From a virus, in IMG/VR virus record IMGVR_UViG_3300027851_000016, positions 27,153 through 91,152 of that record: DNA of 64,000 nt; one strand, given 5' to 3'. Positions 1 to 9,599 of the stretch are shown piece after piece. The notes under the pieces were generated by a model, which ran no database searches, was not told the DNA's origin, and saw only the letters and a list, made by a program, of their open reading frames with translations. A program made the position numbers and the translations under genes. How positions within the stretch are numbered: the stretch's first letter is position 1; every line of letters begins with the position of its first letter.

Positions 1-2
1 TC

Positions 3-530
3 GTGCACCTGTGCAACGTGTGGCCTGCGGTGCACAAGTACACGAAGGACCTGCTTGTATGCTCTGACGACACCGAGGAGATGCACAGGGTTCTGAATGA
101 CAAGTTGATGAAGGAGCACTCGTTTTGGGGGTTTGACTACGAGACGCTGCTCATGCACCGCATGGATGCTGTCGGGGACATGTCTGACTGGAATGCTGGA
201 CCGACGCGCACGGATGACGAGCTGCGCGAGGTGCTGGCTGGTGTGTATGCCGAAGTCGCAGGGAAACAGCTACGACCGATTCCGTTCTACGCAGTCGATG
301 CGCATACGCGAGAGGGAAAGCGTGTGTGGTTGACGCAGCGCAAGCAGATTCGACCGAATGCTCCGTGTACGGTGGCTGACCTGCGGTATGCGGCGAACTG
401 GGTGTCGATGCTCTGGCGCAGGGAGGCATGGAAGCAGTTCGGGACGATTCATGTTGCCTGGGAGGATGTCGTGTTGCCAGAAGACAGGTATTACAAGGCG
501 CTCTGGAAGGGAGTGTACCCGCATGAGTAG
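3..530 (+). CDS. 5'-truncated hypothetical protein, possibly a divergent thymidylate-synthase/hydroxymethylase-like C-terminus
   Basis: ORF open from the window edge and coupled to the next gene (ATGAGTAG). Loose resemblance of REGKRVWLTQR...FGTIHVAWEDVVL to TS-fold strands; function uncertain. Confidence 0.5.
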   Translation: MHLCNVWPAVHKYTKDLLVCSDDTEEMHRVLNDKLMKEHSFWGFDYETLLMHRMDAVGDMSDWNAGPTRTDDELREVLAGVYAEVAGKQLRPIPFYAVDAHTREGKRVWLTQRKQIRPNAPCTVADLRYAANWVSMLWRREAWKQFGTIHVAWEDVVLPEDRYYKALWKGVYPHE

Positions 531-1719
531 GGTTCTTGTCCTCGGTGGCGGGCTTGCTGGGATGACCGTGGCAAAGGCTCTTGCAGGCAGCCACGACGTG
601 CGGGTGCTTGAGCAGGAGGACCGACTGGGTGGCCTGCTGCGTACGTTCCGTGGCACCGTAGACGGGGTCGGTGAGTTCCGCTTCGACATCGGTGGGCATT
701 GGCTGCATCGGGACGGGTTCTCAGGTGTGGCCGACCTGTTCTCAGGACTGGTCGAGCACGAGCGCCATGCCTTCGTGTACGTGAACGGGAAGCATGGGCG
801 GTTCCCGATTCAGGCGTTCTACGATGACGTGTTTGATGGGGAGACAGCCGTAAGCATCTGTGAGGAGTTGGCAAACAGGACAGACGACCAGCCCAGGTCA
901 TACGCTGACATGCTGCAGAAGAGCTATGGGGAGACGCTGTTCGACAGGTTCTTCGAGCCGTACAACCGCAAGCTGTTCGGTGTGCCAGACCTGACACCCA
1001 TCAGCTTCGGTGAGTTGGAGTTGGTGCGGAACGTTAGAGTCGGAGACAAGGCGGGGTACAACAGCACGTTCCTGTATCCCGACGGGCAGGGCATCGAGTC
1101 GCTGATTGAGGACCTGAAGGATGACCGCGTCGAGTACATCCTTGATGAGATGGCAGTGCACGTCGATACGCAGGCGCACATCGTGACCTGTGCAGACGGT
1201 ACCCCGTACACGTATGACGTACTCGTATCGACAGTCCCGCTCGACATGCTCACTGCGATGGTAGGCGAGCCGCTATACCTGCTGGGGTCTCAGGGACTTG
1301 TGATGAACATGGGGGTCAAGAAGAACCCGAATCACGTCGGAAAGAACTGGGTGTACTACCCAGATGATGGTCTGCCGTTCTACCGTGTCGGTCTGTATAG
1401 CGAAGCCGACCCGACTGCTGCTCCTGAAGGGTACGTGGCAATGTACGTCGAGGTGTCCACACTGCGCCCGTGGACCAACGCAGAGGTAATGCTGGGCCTG
1501 CAGAAGGTCGGGATGATTGAGAGTCCGACCGATGTGGTGCTGCAGCAGGCCGCGTACCTGCCGACGAACTACTGCTTCGCTGACCCGCGTGTTCCAGGGG
1601 TCTTGCAAGCATTCCGTTTGGCTGGTGTGCACTCGATTGGACGGTATGGGAGCTGGCACTGGTCGTCCATGCACGAGGATGTGAAGCAGGCGCTCGAACT
1701 GGCGGAGAGGATTCGGTAA
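523..1719 (+). CDS. FAD-dependent oxidoreductase, UDP-galactopyranose mutase-like
   Basis: N-terminal GGGLAG Rossmann motif, EQEDRLGG, FDIGGHW, and C-terminal GRYGSWHWSSMHEDVKQAL typical of the UGM/Glf-like family. Start taken at ATG 523. Confidence 0.8.
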   Translation: MSRVLVLGGGLAGMTVAKALAGSHDVRVLEQEDRLGGLLRTFRGTVDGVGEFRFDIGGHWLHRDGFSGVADLFSGLVEHERHAFVYVNGKHGRFPIQAFYDDVFDGETAVSICEELANRTDDQPRSYADMLQKSYGETLFDRFFEPYNRKLFGVPDLTPISFGELELVRNVRVGDKAGYNSTFLYPDGQGIESLIEDLKDDRVEYILDEMAVHVDTQAHIVTCADGTPYTYDVLVSTVPLDMLTAMVGEPLYLLGSQGLVMNMGVKKNPNHVGKNWVYYPDDGLPFYRVGLYSEADPTAAPEGYVAMYVEVSTLRPWTNAEVMLGLQKVGMIESPTDVVLQQAAYLPTNYCFADPRVPGVLQAFRLAGVHSIGRYGSWHWSSMHEDVKQALELAERIR

Positions 1720-2138
1720 TGATGTACGTTCGGTATCTGTGGACGGTCCTCAAGCACAAGTGGTTCGTCTTCGTTGAGTGCGCCAAAGAGGGAATCGCGT
1801 GGCGTGGGTTGATTCATGACATGAGCAAGTTCCTGCCAAGTGAGTGCATTGCGTATGCAGAGTATTTCGAGGGTGACCCAGATGATAACGTGGCGTTCAA
1901 TGCTGCGTGGGCATTGCACGTGAGGCGGAACGACCATCACTGGCTCCATTGGCTTGTGGATGGTGAGGCGCAAGAGATGCCGTTTGAGGCTGTAGTCGAG
2001 ATGGTCTGTGACTGGGTTGGGGCGGCGCGGGCGTACAAGGGTGATGGAATTGTACCGTGGTACACCCAGAACGGTCCGAACATGGTGCTACATGCTAAGA
2101 CCCGTGAACTGGTTGAGGAACTTGTGAGTGTGCGATGA
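1719..2138 (+). CDS. HD-like hydrolase (DUF5662-like)
   Basis: HK...HDMSKF...HVRRNDHHW...EMVCDW motif pattern. Confidence 0.7.
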   Translation: MMYVRYLWTVLKHKWFVFVECAKEGIAWRGLIHDMSKFLPSECIAYAEYFEGDPDDNVAFNAAWALHVRRNDHHWLHWLVDGEAQEMPFEAVVEMVCDWVGAARAYKGDGIVPWYTQNGPNMVLHAKTRELVEELVSVR

Positions 2139-3592
2139 GACTCCTGTACCTGCCGCTGTACACGAACAAGAACCTGAATGGGGACAGCAGCTACAACGTC
2201 GCGTCGAAGTTCATCGCGAGTGCGGTCGAGCGTGGGTGGTTCGTACACTGGGTACTGCCCCAGGTGGGTGGTGGTAGCCGCTTCCACTATGAGGGGTCGA
2301 GGGCTGCGATTGAGAACCACCCGCAGGTCCTCGTGCATCGTGTGCCCTCCATCGAGGACCAGTACATGCAGACAGGCGTGGTGCCTGCAGACGTGTTGTT
2401 CAGGCTGTTCAGTCAGCACCAGGGCAGGTATCACATCGACGCTGTGCTCACGGAGAAGCCTGCGAGTGCGGCGTATGTGCGTAAGTTGCTCCAGCACCCG
2501 TTCACACGTCCTGCGAAGGGCAAGAACAGGTGGCTCGGTAAGACTCCTGCACTGCCCATGTTCGTTCGCGACCCGTTCACGAAGTCCCAGGAACTGCACA
2601 TCATCAGCGATGTCGAGGAGGTCGAGCAGTCTGTCGGGTACCTGACCAGCTACAGCATCTTCATGTGCCAGACGGACTTCGATATGGCCTCGAAGGTCGC
2701 GAAGCGGTACCTGAACTACGGGCAGGTCAAGAAGATGCAGGCTCGGTCGGTGGTGCTCCCGCCAGGTACGGCGACGGCAGAGTTGTTGCCCGTCAGGGAG
2801 GCGGCGGTCAAGCGGGACAGGTTCACTGTACTGATTGCCGAGCGTTTGAAGAACGGTGCGCTCATGGATTCGCTCGATGCAGTGGACTACATGTTCAAGC
2901 GTGGGTACCAGATGGATGTCGTAATCAGCTCGCAGTCGGAACTGAACCGCAAGACGCTCATGAACTACCCGACTGTCTTCGAGCACGCAGAACTGCACCC
3001 AGCGAACCCGAGAGACCAGTATCTGCCGCTGGCTGCGGCGTGCCACGCAACGATTACGATGCCCTCGACGCACAGCTACCCACAGGGTCTGATGGAGCGG
3101 CTGTACTTGGGACTCGTTGCGGTGCTGCCCGACTACCCATGGGTGCACACGTTGTTGCCCGACTATCCGTTCGTGGTGAAGCGGAACGTGAAGTCGATGG
3201 TGGCGATGCTCAAGTGGATTGAGGAGAACTACGAGGAGGCCAAGCAGAAGGTCGCCTGGGTGCCTGGGTACATCGAGGAGCACTACGATGCCCAGTTGCT
3301 GGCGGAGAAGACGATGCGGCATATCGAGGAGACGACGGCGCTGGTTCGCGCGAGTTCGGCACCATCGAGCGGGTTCTTGGAGTTGATTGACCAGTTCGAC
3401 TTCGATGAGGCAGACGAAGAGACGCTGTTTGAGTACATGAAAGCGCATTCGACCACGGGACTGTCGTTCAACAATGAGGGGAAGACTGCTGCGTTCGGCA
3501 GCTACAAGTCGCAGTTGTTCCAAGCGATGCGGCATCGTGGGTGGGAAGACACGTGCGAGGGTCCGTTCGTGACGATGAGGAGGAAGAGCTGA
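2135..3592 (+). CDS. GT-B fold glycosyltransferase 1
   Basis: 485 aa, two-Rossmann layout. MPSTHSYPQGLMERLYLGLVAVLP resembles the GT4 E-x7-E region; extra C-terminal domain. Confidence 0.7.
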   Translation: MRLLYLPLYTNKNLNGDSSYNVASKFIASAVERGWFVHWVLPQVGGGSRFHYEGSRAAIENHPQVLVHRVPSIEDQYMQTGVVPADVLFRLFSQHQGRYHIDAVLTEKPASAAYVRKLLQHPFTRPAKGKNRWLGKTPALPMFVRDPFTKSQELHIISDVEEVEQSVGYLTSYSIFMCQTDFDMASKVAKRYLNYGQVKKMQARSVVLPPGTATAELLPVREAAVKRDRFTVLIAERLKNGALMDSLDAVDYMFKRGYQMDVVISSQSELNRKTLMNYPTVFEHAELHPANPRDQYLPLAAACHATITMPSTHSYPQGLMERLYLGLVAVLPDYPWVHTLLPDYPFVVKRNVKSMVAMLKWIEENYEEAKQKVAWVPGYIEEHYDAQLLAEKTMRHIEETTALVRASSAPSSGFLELIDQFDFDEADEETLFEYMKAHSTTGLSFNNEGKTAAFGSYKSQLFQAMRHRGWEDTCEGPFVTMRRKS

Positions 3593-4254
3593 TGTCGTTG
3601 TACGACAAGGACAAGATAGTTGGATGCTTCGAGAGCGAGGAGCAGTGGCGTGATGAGGCCGACGAGATAATCGCCATGCAGATGAGCTACCGCTCACACG
3701 CTTTGATGATGGGCAAGGTTGTTGACACGTTCTTCGATGTGGTCGAGCGGAACCATGGTGCAGCGACGGTTCTCGATGTCGGCTGTGGCACGGCCATGTT
3801 CCTCGACTACGTTCGTGAACAGTACGGTCTGCACCGTGTGGAGCGGTACGTTGGGTACGAGTTGGTCACACGATTCGGGGAGAAGGCAGCGCAGAAGCTC
3901 GAAGACTATGGTGTCCGTGGAGCGATTGTGGGTGCCGACTTCTTCGACCTGGGGACCACCGCAGCACCAGCTGACCTGGTGATTGCCTCGCAGTGTCTGA
4001 ACACGGTGTTCAGCGATGACCCGCTGGCCTTCATCGCGATGGCAGTGGACCAGCTGTGGTCGATGACGCGGCACTCGCTCGTGTTCGACCTGAAGGATGT
4101 GGCTGCTCCGAGGATTCTCGACCCGCACCTGCGGACGTACTACGACCCTGTGTACGTGTACAAGGTGTGCCGTGACCACACGGTGAACGTCACAGTCAGC
4201 CAGACCACGAAGGCGAACTTCACGGTGGTCATGTCGCGGGAGGAGCTGTACTGA
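3592..4254 (+). CDS. Class I SAM-dependent methyltransferase
   Basis: VLDVGCGTA motif I, YVGYE, DLVIAS. TGATG overlap with the upstream stop. Confidence 0.85.
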   Translation: MSLYDKDKIVGCFESEEQWRDEADEIIAMQMSYRSHALMMGKVVDTFFDVVERNHGAATVLDVGCGTAMFLDYVREQYGLHRVERYVGYELVTRFGEKAAQKLEDYGVRGAIVGADFFDLGTTAAPADLVIASQCLNTVFSDDPLAFIAMAVDQLWSMTRHSLVFDLKDVAAPRILDPHLRTYYDPVYVYKVCRDHTVNVTVSQTTKANFTVVMSREELY

Positions 4255-5399
4255 TGATTCTGCTTCTCGGCAAGGGGGAGGGTCTGCAGGCTCTGACCGA
4301 TGTGTTTGCTGGTGAGGATGCGGTTGCACTCACTGATGCGGGCAGGACACCTGACGAACTGTGTGCGGATGTCCGAAGTGTCCTAGAAGTCCACGAGTTC
4401 GAGTTCGCCGTGGCTAATGGACTGTCTTGTGCGAAGGCCCTGGACGTACTCGATGGTGTGGGTGTGCCCACGGTCGGCGCGACGACACAGGATTGGCATA
4501 TCGAGATGGACAAGCCGTTCGGCAAGAAGTTGTGCGCCGAAGTCGGTGTAGGCACGAGCGAGTGGTGGACGGTGGACTTGGCTGACCTGGATGAAACGGA
4601 GTGGGAGTTTCCGTGCTACGTGAAGCATCGCAAGGCCATCGGCGGGACGACCTCGTTCAAGGTGCACTCGAAGAAGCAGATACGAAACCTGATTCGTGCG
4701 TATGGCTACGAGCGCGGGTTCATCGTGGAGCTGCCACTTGCAGGCATCGAGTTCAGCATGAATGCGCTGATTGGTGCTGAGAACTGGCAGGTGATTGGTT
4801 GCAACTACGACATGAAGGGGCCGACAGGCAAGGTGGTCGGGAATGCCTATGGTGCGGCTGGTGAGCATACAGCTTGGATTGAGGGGCAGCTTGCTCCGTT
4901 GTTCCAGGCGGTATGTGGGATGGGTTACCGAGGAGTGCTCGCCGTGACGGTGTTCATGACCGACGAGGGACTTCGCATGATTGAGCTGAATGTACGTGTT
5001 GGGACAGGGTCGGGGTACACGTACCTGAACAACGTCTCGAACATGGCGGACATGCTGCGAGCCTGTGCGCTCGGGCAGAGCATCCCTGCACCGCAGTTCA
5101 AGCATCTGTACGGGCTGTCGGTCACGGTGGACTCAGGCTTGAGGCGAGAAGCGTATGACCTTGAGGTCGGGCTTCTTGAGCCGCTGGGTGATGGTGTGGT
5201 GCTGGTCGAGAACAATGTGTACGACGGGATGAGCAACGGTGCCGCCCCGTACCTACTGGTCGGGTTCGGTGACTCGTCATTGCAGAGTGTTGGAGAGACC
5301 CTGATGGAGAACTTGAGGTGTTTGGATGTCCCACTGATGTCTAAGCCTGAACTAGACCTTGACCGTTTCGATAGACTGGCGGAGGTGCTGCCACGATGA
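4254..5399 (+). CDS. ATP-grasp ligase (PurD/GARS-like)
   Basis: EMDKPFGKKLCAEVGV, FPCYVK, IVELPLAGIEFS, IELNVRVG (ExNxR). Confidence 0.75.
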   Translation: MILLLGKGEGLQALTDVFAGEDAVALTDAGRTPDELCADVRSVLEVHEFEFAVANGLSCAKALDVLDGVGVPTVGATTQDWHIEMDKPFGKKLCAEVGVGTSEWWTVDLADLDETEWEFPCYVKHRKAIGGTTSFKVHSKKQIRNLIRAYGYERGFIVELPLAGIEFSMNALIGAENWQVIGCNYDMKGPTGKVVGNAYGAAGEHTAWIEGQLAPLFQAVCGMGYRGVLAVTVFMTDEGLRMIELNVRVGTGSGYTYLNNVSNMADMLRACALGQSIPAPQFKHLYGLSVTVDSGLRREAYDLEVGLLEPLGDGVVLVENNVYDGMSNGAAPYLLVGFGDSSLQSVGETLMENLRCLDVPLMSKPELDLDRFDRLAEVLPR

Positions 5400-6061
5400 A
5401 GATTGTCGTGCACCAGCCTGTGTTCCTGCCGTACCTTGGAGTGGTGGGCAAGATTGCACACGCGGACGGGCTTGTCCTGCTCGATGACGTGCAGTATGTC
5501 CGTCGTGGGTTCATGAATCGGAACCGCATCCTGACGAAGGATGGTGAGCACTGGCTGACCGTGCCCGTTCGAAAGGCTCCGCAGGATACGCAGGTCAAGG
5601 ACATCGAAATCAGCTACGAGACCGACTGGCAGCGGCAGATGAAGCGTACGCTGGAGATGGCGTATGGGAAGGCTCCGCACTTCGAGGCAACGATGGCGGC
5701 ATTGCAGCCCTTGTGGGTAGCGAAGCCCAATCACCTGATGGACCTGAATGTTCTGCTGCTTGAGCGAGTGTTGAAGTTCTTCGGGGTCAGTGTGCCTGTG
5801 TGGTGGAGCAGTGACTTCCCCCCTGTCGAGGACCCGACGCAGCGTTTGCTGGATAGGGTCGAGCGTGTTGGTGGCACTGTCTACGTGGCTGGTGCGAACG
5901 GGAAGGCGTACATGGAACTGACGGGGGACGAACGTGTGAAAGTACAGTTCGAGGAGTATGCTTGTCCCGAGTACGCGCAGTTCAACAGCACCGAGTTCGT
6001 ACCGTACCTCTCGGTGGTGGACTACATGATGAACGTCGGGGCGGTGCGGAAAGCACTGTAG
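5396..6061 (+). CDS. WbqC-like family protein (putative glycyl/aminoacyl transferase)
   Basis: HQPVFLPYLG, DDVQY, NRNRI, WLTVPV, YGKAPHF, LSVVD: the WbqC motif set. Confidence 0.9.
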   Translation: MKIVVHQPVFLPYLGVVGKIAHADGLVLLDDVQYVRRGFMNRNRILTKDGEHWLTVPVRKAPQDTQVKDIEISYETDWQRQMKRTLEMAYGKAPHFEATMAALQPLWVAKPNHLMDLNVLLLERVLKFFGVSVPVWWSSDFPPVEDPTQRLLDRVERVGGTVYVAGANGKAYMELTGDERVKVQFEEYACPEYAQFNSTEFVPYLSVVDYMMNVGAVRKAL

Positions 6062-6087
6062 GATTGAACAGGACAGAGGAGGCAAGG

Positions 6088-6804
6088 ATGCTCGGATTCA
6101 GTGACCAGTGCGTTCTCGTTATCAGCCCGCACCAGGATGACCTCGAAATCGGATGCGGTGGCATCGTTCAGAAGTTCCTCGCTGCTGGGAGCGACGTGCA
6201 TGTCGTGCACGGTACGCTCGTAGACCTCGCAGGCACGTATCGCAAGTATGACAAGGCGACTGATACGTACACGACGTACACGGGTGCCCAGCGGTTCGAG
6301 GAGACTCGCAGTGCGTTGGCGGTGCTTGGTGGTGCGAGTCCTGACGCGTGGCGCGGGATAGTGGTGCACGACCCGCTGTTCAGCAGTGACAAGCACCATC
6401 GAATCGACACGGTACCGCTGTCGGAGCGTATCGAGGTGCTGGAGTCGGTTATCAGTGCGGTGAAGCCTACCGTGCTCTTGTACGCAGCTGAGTCCTCGAA
6501 CCAAGACCACGAAGCGCTTGCGCGCACCGTTCGCAGTGTCATGCGCCCGCATTTCTACAGTGGCATGGTCATCGAGTACGAGATTGGTGACGAGGTGGCG
6601 TTCGTCCCGAACTTGTTCGTGCCCATGACCGACCAGGAGTTGCGCAGGAAGCTCGATGCGTTCGAGGCGTACGAGACCCAGCAGAGTGGGGACCTGCACG
6701 TCGTCAGCGAGTGCGGTATCCAGTACAAGGCACAGTACCGAGGGAAGCAGTGCTACCACCCGTATGCGGAAGCGTTCCGAGTGCTGAGGATGGTGGCGGG
6801 GTGA
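6088..6804 (+). CDS. PIG-L/LmbE family N-deacetylase
   Basis: SPHQDDLEIGCGG, NQDH, KLDAFEAYETQ, AEAF. AGAGGAGG SD upstream of ATG 6088. Confidence 0.85.
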   Translation: MLGFSDQCVLVISPHQDDLEIGCGGIVQKFLAAGSDVHVVHGTLVDLAGTYRKYDKATDTYTTYTGAQRFEETRSALAVLGGASPDAWRGIVVHDPLFSSDKHHRIDTVPLSERIEVLESVISAVKPTVLLYAAESSNQDHEALARTVRSVMRPHFYSGMVIEYEIGDEVAFVPNLFVPMTDQELRRKLDAFEAYETQQSGDLHVVSECGIQYKAQYRGKQCYHPYAEAFRVLRMVAG

Positions 6805-8267
6805 TGCGAGTCCTGCTACCAGTCGGTGCTGTACGCGAGGGGTTCTACGACGACGGTGTCATGCGCGTCGGGAACACGGGTATGCCAAGCATCTGGAAGG
6901 TGATTCGTGACTTCGGCAAGCTGAACAGCGACCGTGGCTGGTTCTACTATGGGGCTGTGATGTACAGCAACAAGAACGCTGTCGAAGTGCTGCCACTGAA
7001 GGACATCAACGGCTCGCTCGTGCTGATGCACACGACCGACCGTACCTGGATTGAGGTCGGCACGTTCTACCTGACCAAGATGCTGATTCAGAAGTTCTCG
7101 TACAACGGCACGTGTCCTGTTGACTGTGTGCTCATGGGTGGCACGGTGGACGCGGCAGCATACCGCTACTACATGGCATACCGACATGGGCTGCAGCAGC
7201 GTCCGTTGCTGTTCTACCGCACGCACAATGGCGTGACCGAGAGTCCGTCGAGCAAGGAGTTGTGGTTCTCAGCGGCGAAGGACAACGCACAGGTGGTGAA
7301 CAGCCTGGTGAACTTCGACCGTCTGTATCTGAGTGCTCCTCATCTGCTGGATGCGTACGTGAAGATAGCCAAGGGCTACCTGTCGTTCAGCGCGGTGAAG
7401 GACTTGATGGAACGGTTCGTGTACGCGCCGCAGGGGTCCCCTGCATTCGAGGGCGAACTGAACCTGGACAGGGGGAAGGTCGTCGGGTACTTCGGGCGGC
7501 TGAACGACACGCACAAGAATACCGACATGGTGTTCAGGGAGTTCGACAAGTTGTACAAGGCTGGTGCTGTGTCAGAGGTGCTGGTGACCAGTCCGATGGC
7601 CTCGGACAAGGACAAGCCGACGCTTGACCTGATTCCGTATGTGGACCTGAAGGTTCTTGGCATGGAGTACCTGAAGGAAGTCGAGCGTACGCGAGCGACG
7701 GTCGCGGCCTACGAGTCCATCGCCTGCCCCGTTGCGATGCTAGAGCAGATGGCCCATGGGGTCGTGCCTGTCGTACCGAAGGACAGGATGTGGTCTCGGT
7801 CGTTCTTTGGGCATGAGTTCCCCGAGTATCCGTTCATGTACAGCAGTAAGTCGGAGATTGGGCCGATGCTGCGGCTGCTCATGGACAACGACGAGATGTA
7901 CAAGATGTGGGCACAGAAGCTGTCGGACAGGGTACGTCAGCGGTACGAGTATCGAACGCTGAAGCGGTCCTTGTACGACGACATGCAGCAGCGGGTCGAT
8001 GTGTACCCGAAGCCCAAGTACATGGACTTCGACCTGGAAGCGTTCCGTACGTATAGGTTCGTGGCGGAGGCCGAAGAGTTGGCCGAGCGGCTGGGGGATG
8101 AGTTCACGTTCGACAGGTTCATGAAGGAGGCACAGCGTCTGCCCATGCGGGGTAGGGGTGGGGTGCCAGTGTTGAGCAACAAGGGTGTGCTCCGCCTGCT
8201 TGAGGCGATGGGGTACACCGACACGATGGATAGTGCAGACATTCGACTGAGGAGGACCCGTGCCTGA
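6804..8267 (+). CDS. GT-B fold glycosyltransferase 2
   Basis: VGYFGRLNDTHKN and YESIACPVAMLEQMAHGVVPVV; paralogous to 2135-3592 (PEYPF vs PDYPF). Confidence 0.75.
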   Translation: MRVLLPVGAVREGFYDDGVMRVGNTGMPSIWKVIRDFGKLNSDRGWFYYGAVMYSNKNAVEVLPLKDINGSLVLMHTTDRTWIEVGTFYLTKMLIQKFSYNGTCPVDCVLMGGTVDAAAYRYYMAYRHGLQQRPLLFYRTHNGVTESPSSKELWFSAAKDNAQVVNSLVNFDRLYLSAPHLLDAYVKIAKGYLSFSAVKDLMERFVYAPQGSPAFEGELNLDRGKVVGYFGRLNDTHKNTDMVFREFDKLYKAGAVSEVLVTSPMASDKDKPTLDLIPYVDLKVLGMEYLKEVERTRATVAAYESIACPVAMLEQMAHGVVPVVPKDRMWSRSFFGHEFPEYPFMYSSKSEIGPMLRLLMDNDEMYKMWAQKLSDRVRQRYEYRTLKRSLYDDMQQRVDVYPKPKYMDFDLEAFRTYRFVAEAEELAERLGDEFTFDRFMKEAQRLPMRGRGGVPVLSNKGVLRLLEAMGYTDTMDSADIRLRRTRA

Positions 8268-9078
8268 CGAGAAGCGTATCGAGATAACGTACATCAGTGT
8301 CGATGACCTGGTGCCGATGGAAGAGAACCCGAACTTCCAGTCGGATGCAGTGTTCAACAACCTGGTGGACAACATCAGCAAGATTGGGATGGTCGAACCC
8401 ATCATGGTCGCCCCGCTGCGGGACGAGGATGGCGCGATTATCGAGGGCAAGTACAAGATTGTCTCTGGTGAGCATCGGTACTTTGCCTGCAAGATGCTTG
8501 ACTATGAAGAGGTGCCGACCATCGTCCAGATGGACTTCGATGACGACGCGGCGCGGTTCCAGCTGGTCCGCATGAACATGCTCAAGGGCAAGCTCGACCC
8601 CGTGAAGTTCACGAAGCTGTACAACCAGATGGCAGAGAAGTACGGCGAGGAACTGACCAAGGAACTGATGGGTCTGGTCGAGGAGGCGGCGTTCAAGAAC
8701 CTGTACCTGCAGGTGAAGAAGGAACTGTCGCCAGAGATGCAGGAGAAGCTCGAAGAGTCGAAGGATGACATCAAGACGGTCGATGACCTGAGTCGCGTGC
8801 TGAACGAGATGTTCAGCAAGTATGGTGACACGCTGCATCAGCACTTCATGGTGTTCCAGTACGGCGGCAAGACCCACCTGTGGGTGCAGATGTCGAAGGA
8901 CTTGAAGAAGCGGATGATTGACCAGTACGTGGAGAAGCTGAAGGCGGGGAACTTCGACATGAACGAGTTCTTCGACAAGCTCATCCTGCAGTACGGAGAC
9001 GCGGTCATGGAGACCATGGAGCCGATTGCCGTAGACGAGGATGAGGGCATCTTCGTGGATTCCGAGGGCGTGCTCTGA
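8260..9078 (+). CDS. ParB/Srx N-terminal domain protein
   Basis: LVPMEENPN, NISKIGMVEPIMV, IVSGEHRYFA (GxxR). Confidence 0.9.
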   Translation: MPDEKRIEITYISVDDLVPMEENPNFQSDAVFNNLVDNISKIGMVEPIMVAPLRDEDGAIIEGKYKIVSGEHRYFACKMLDYEEVPTIVQMDFDDDAARFQLVRMNMLKGKLDPVKFTKLYNQMAEKYGEELTKELMGLVEEAAFKNLYLQVKKELSPEMQEKLEESKDDIKTVDDLSRVLNEMFSKYGDTLHQHFMVFQYGGKTHLWVQMSKDLKKRMIDQYVEKLKAGNFDMNEFFDKLILQYGDAVMETMEPIAVDEDEGIFVDSEGVL

Positions 9079-9599
9079 TGAAGTTGGTGCGCCCGTCTGT
9101 GGAGTACAAGGATAGCTACCTCGTAGGACTGCACGAGTTTCGTATCGACGGCATCTGTGTGGACTACGATGAGGCTGCGATTGCTGAGGACTTCGAAGGG
9201 TTCGTGCAACGACAGCTTGACGACTACGACGAGTCCAAGATTCCAGTCGGGCATGTCCCGTACCTGCGGCTGTGGGCCGTGCACGACGGAGAGTTCGTAG
9301 GGCACGTCACGATTCGATGCGGGATGAACGAGGACGTGTGGAAGAAGGGTAACGTCGGGTACGCTGTGGTGCCGTCGCGTCGGAGCCAAGGGTTCGGTAG
9401 GATGATGCTCGTTGAGGCGCTTGCACGGATAGAGCGGATGTGTGGAGAAGGACACTGGCACTGGATGGTGTTGGTGGTGTGCGGTGTGGCGAACACGTGG
9501 TCACGAAAGATAGCTGAGTCGTGTGGTGGTCGCTGGGTCGGGACGCATGAACCAGATGGAAGCAAGGTCGTGTACCTCATGCCGATAGGTGGGTGCTGA
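9078..9599 (+). CDS. GNAT family N-acetyltransferase
   Basis: GNVGYAVVPSRRSQGFG (motif A), NTWSRKIAESCGG. Confidence 0.85.
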   Translation: MKLVRPSVEYKDSYLVGLHEFRIDGICVDYDEAAIAEDFEGFVQRQLDDYDESKIPVGHVPYLRLWAVHDGEFVGHVTIRCGMNEDVWKKGNVGYAVVPSRRSQGFGRMMLVEALARIERMCGEGHWHWMVLVVCGVANTWSRKIAESCGGRWVGTHEPDGSKVVYLMPIGGC

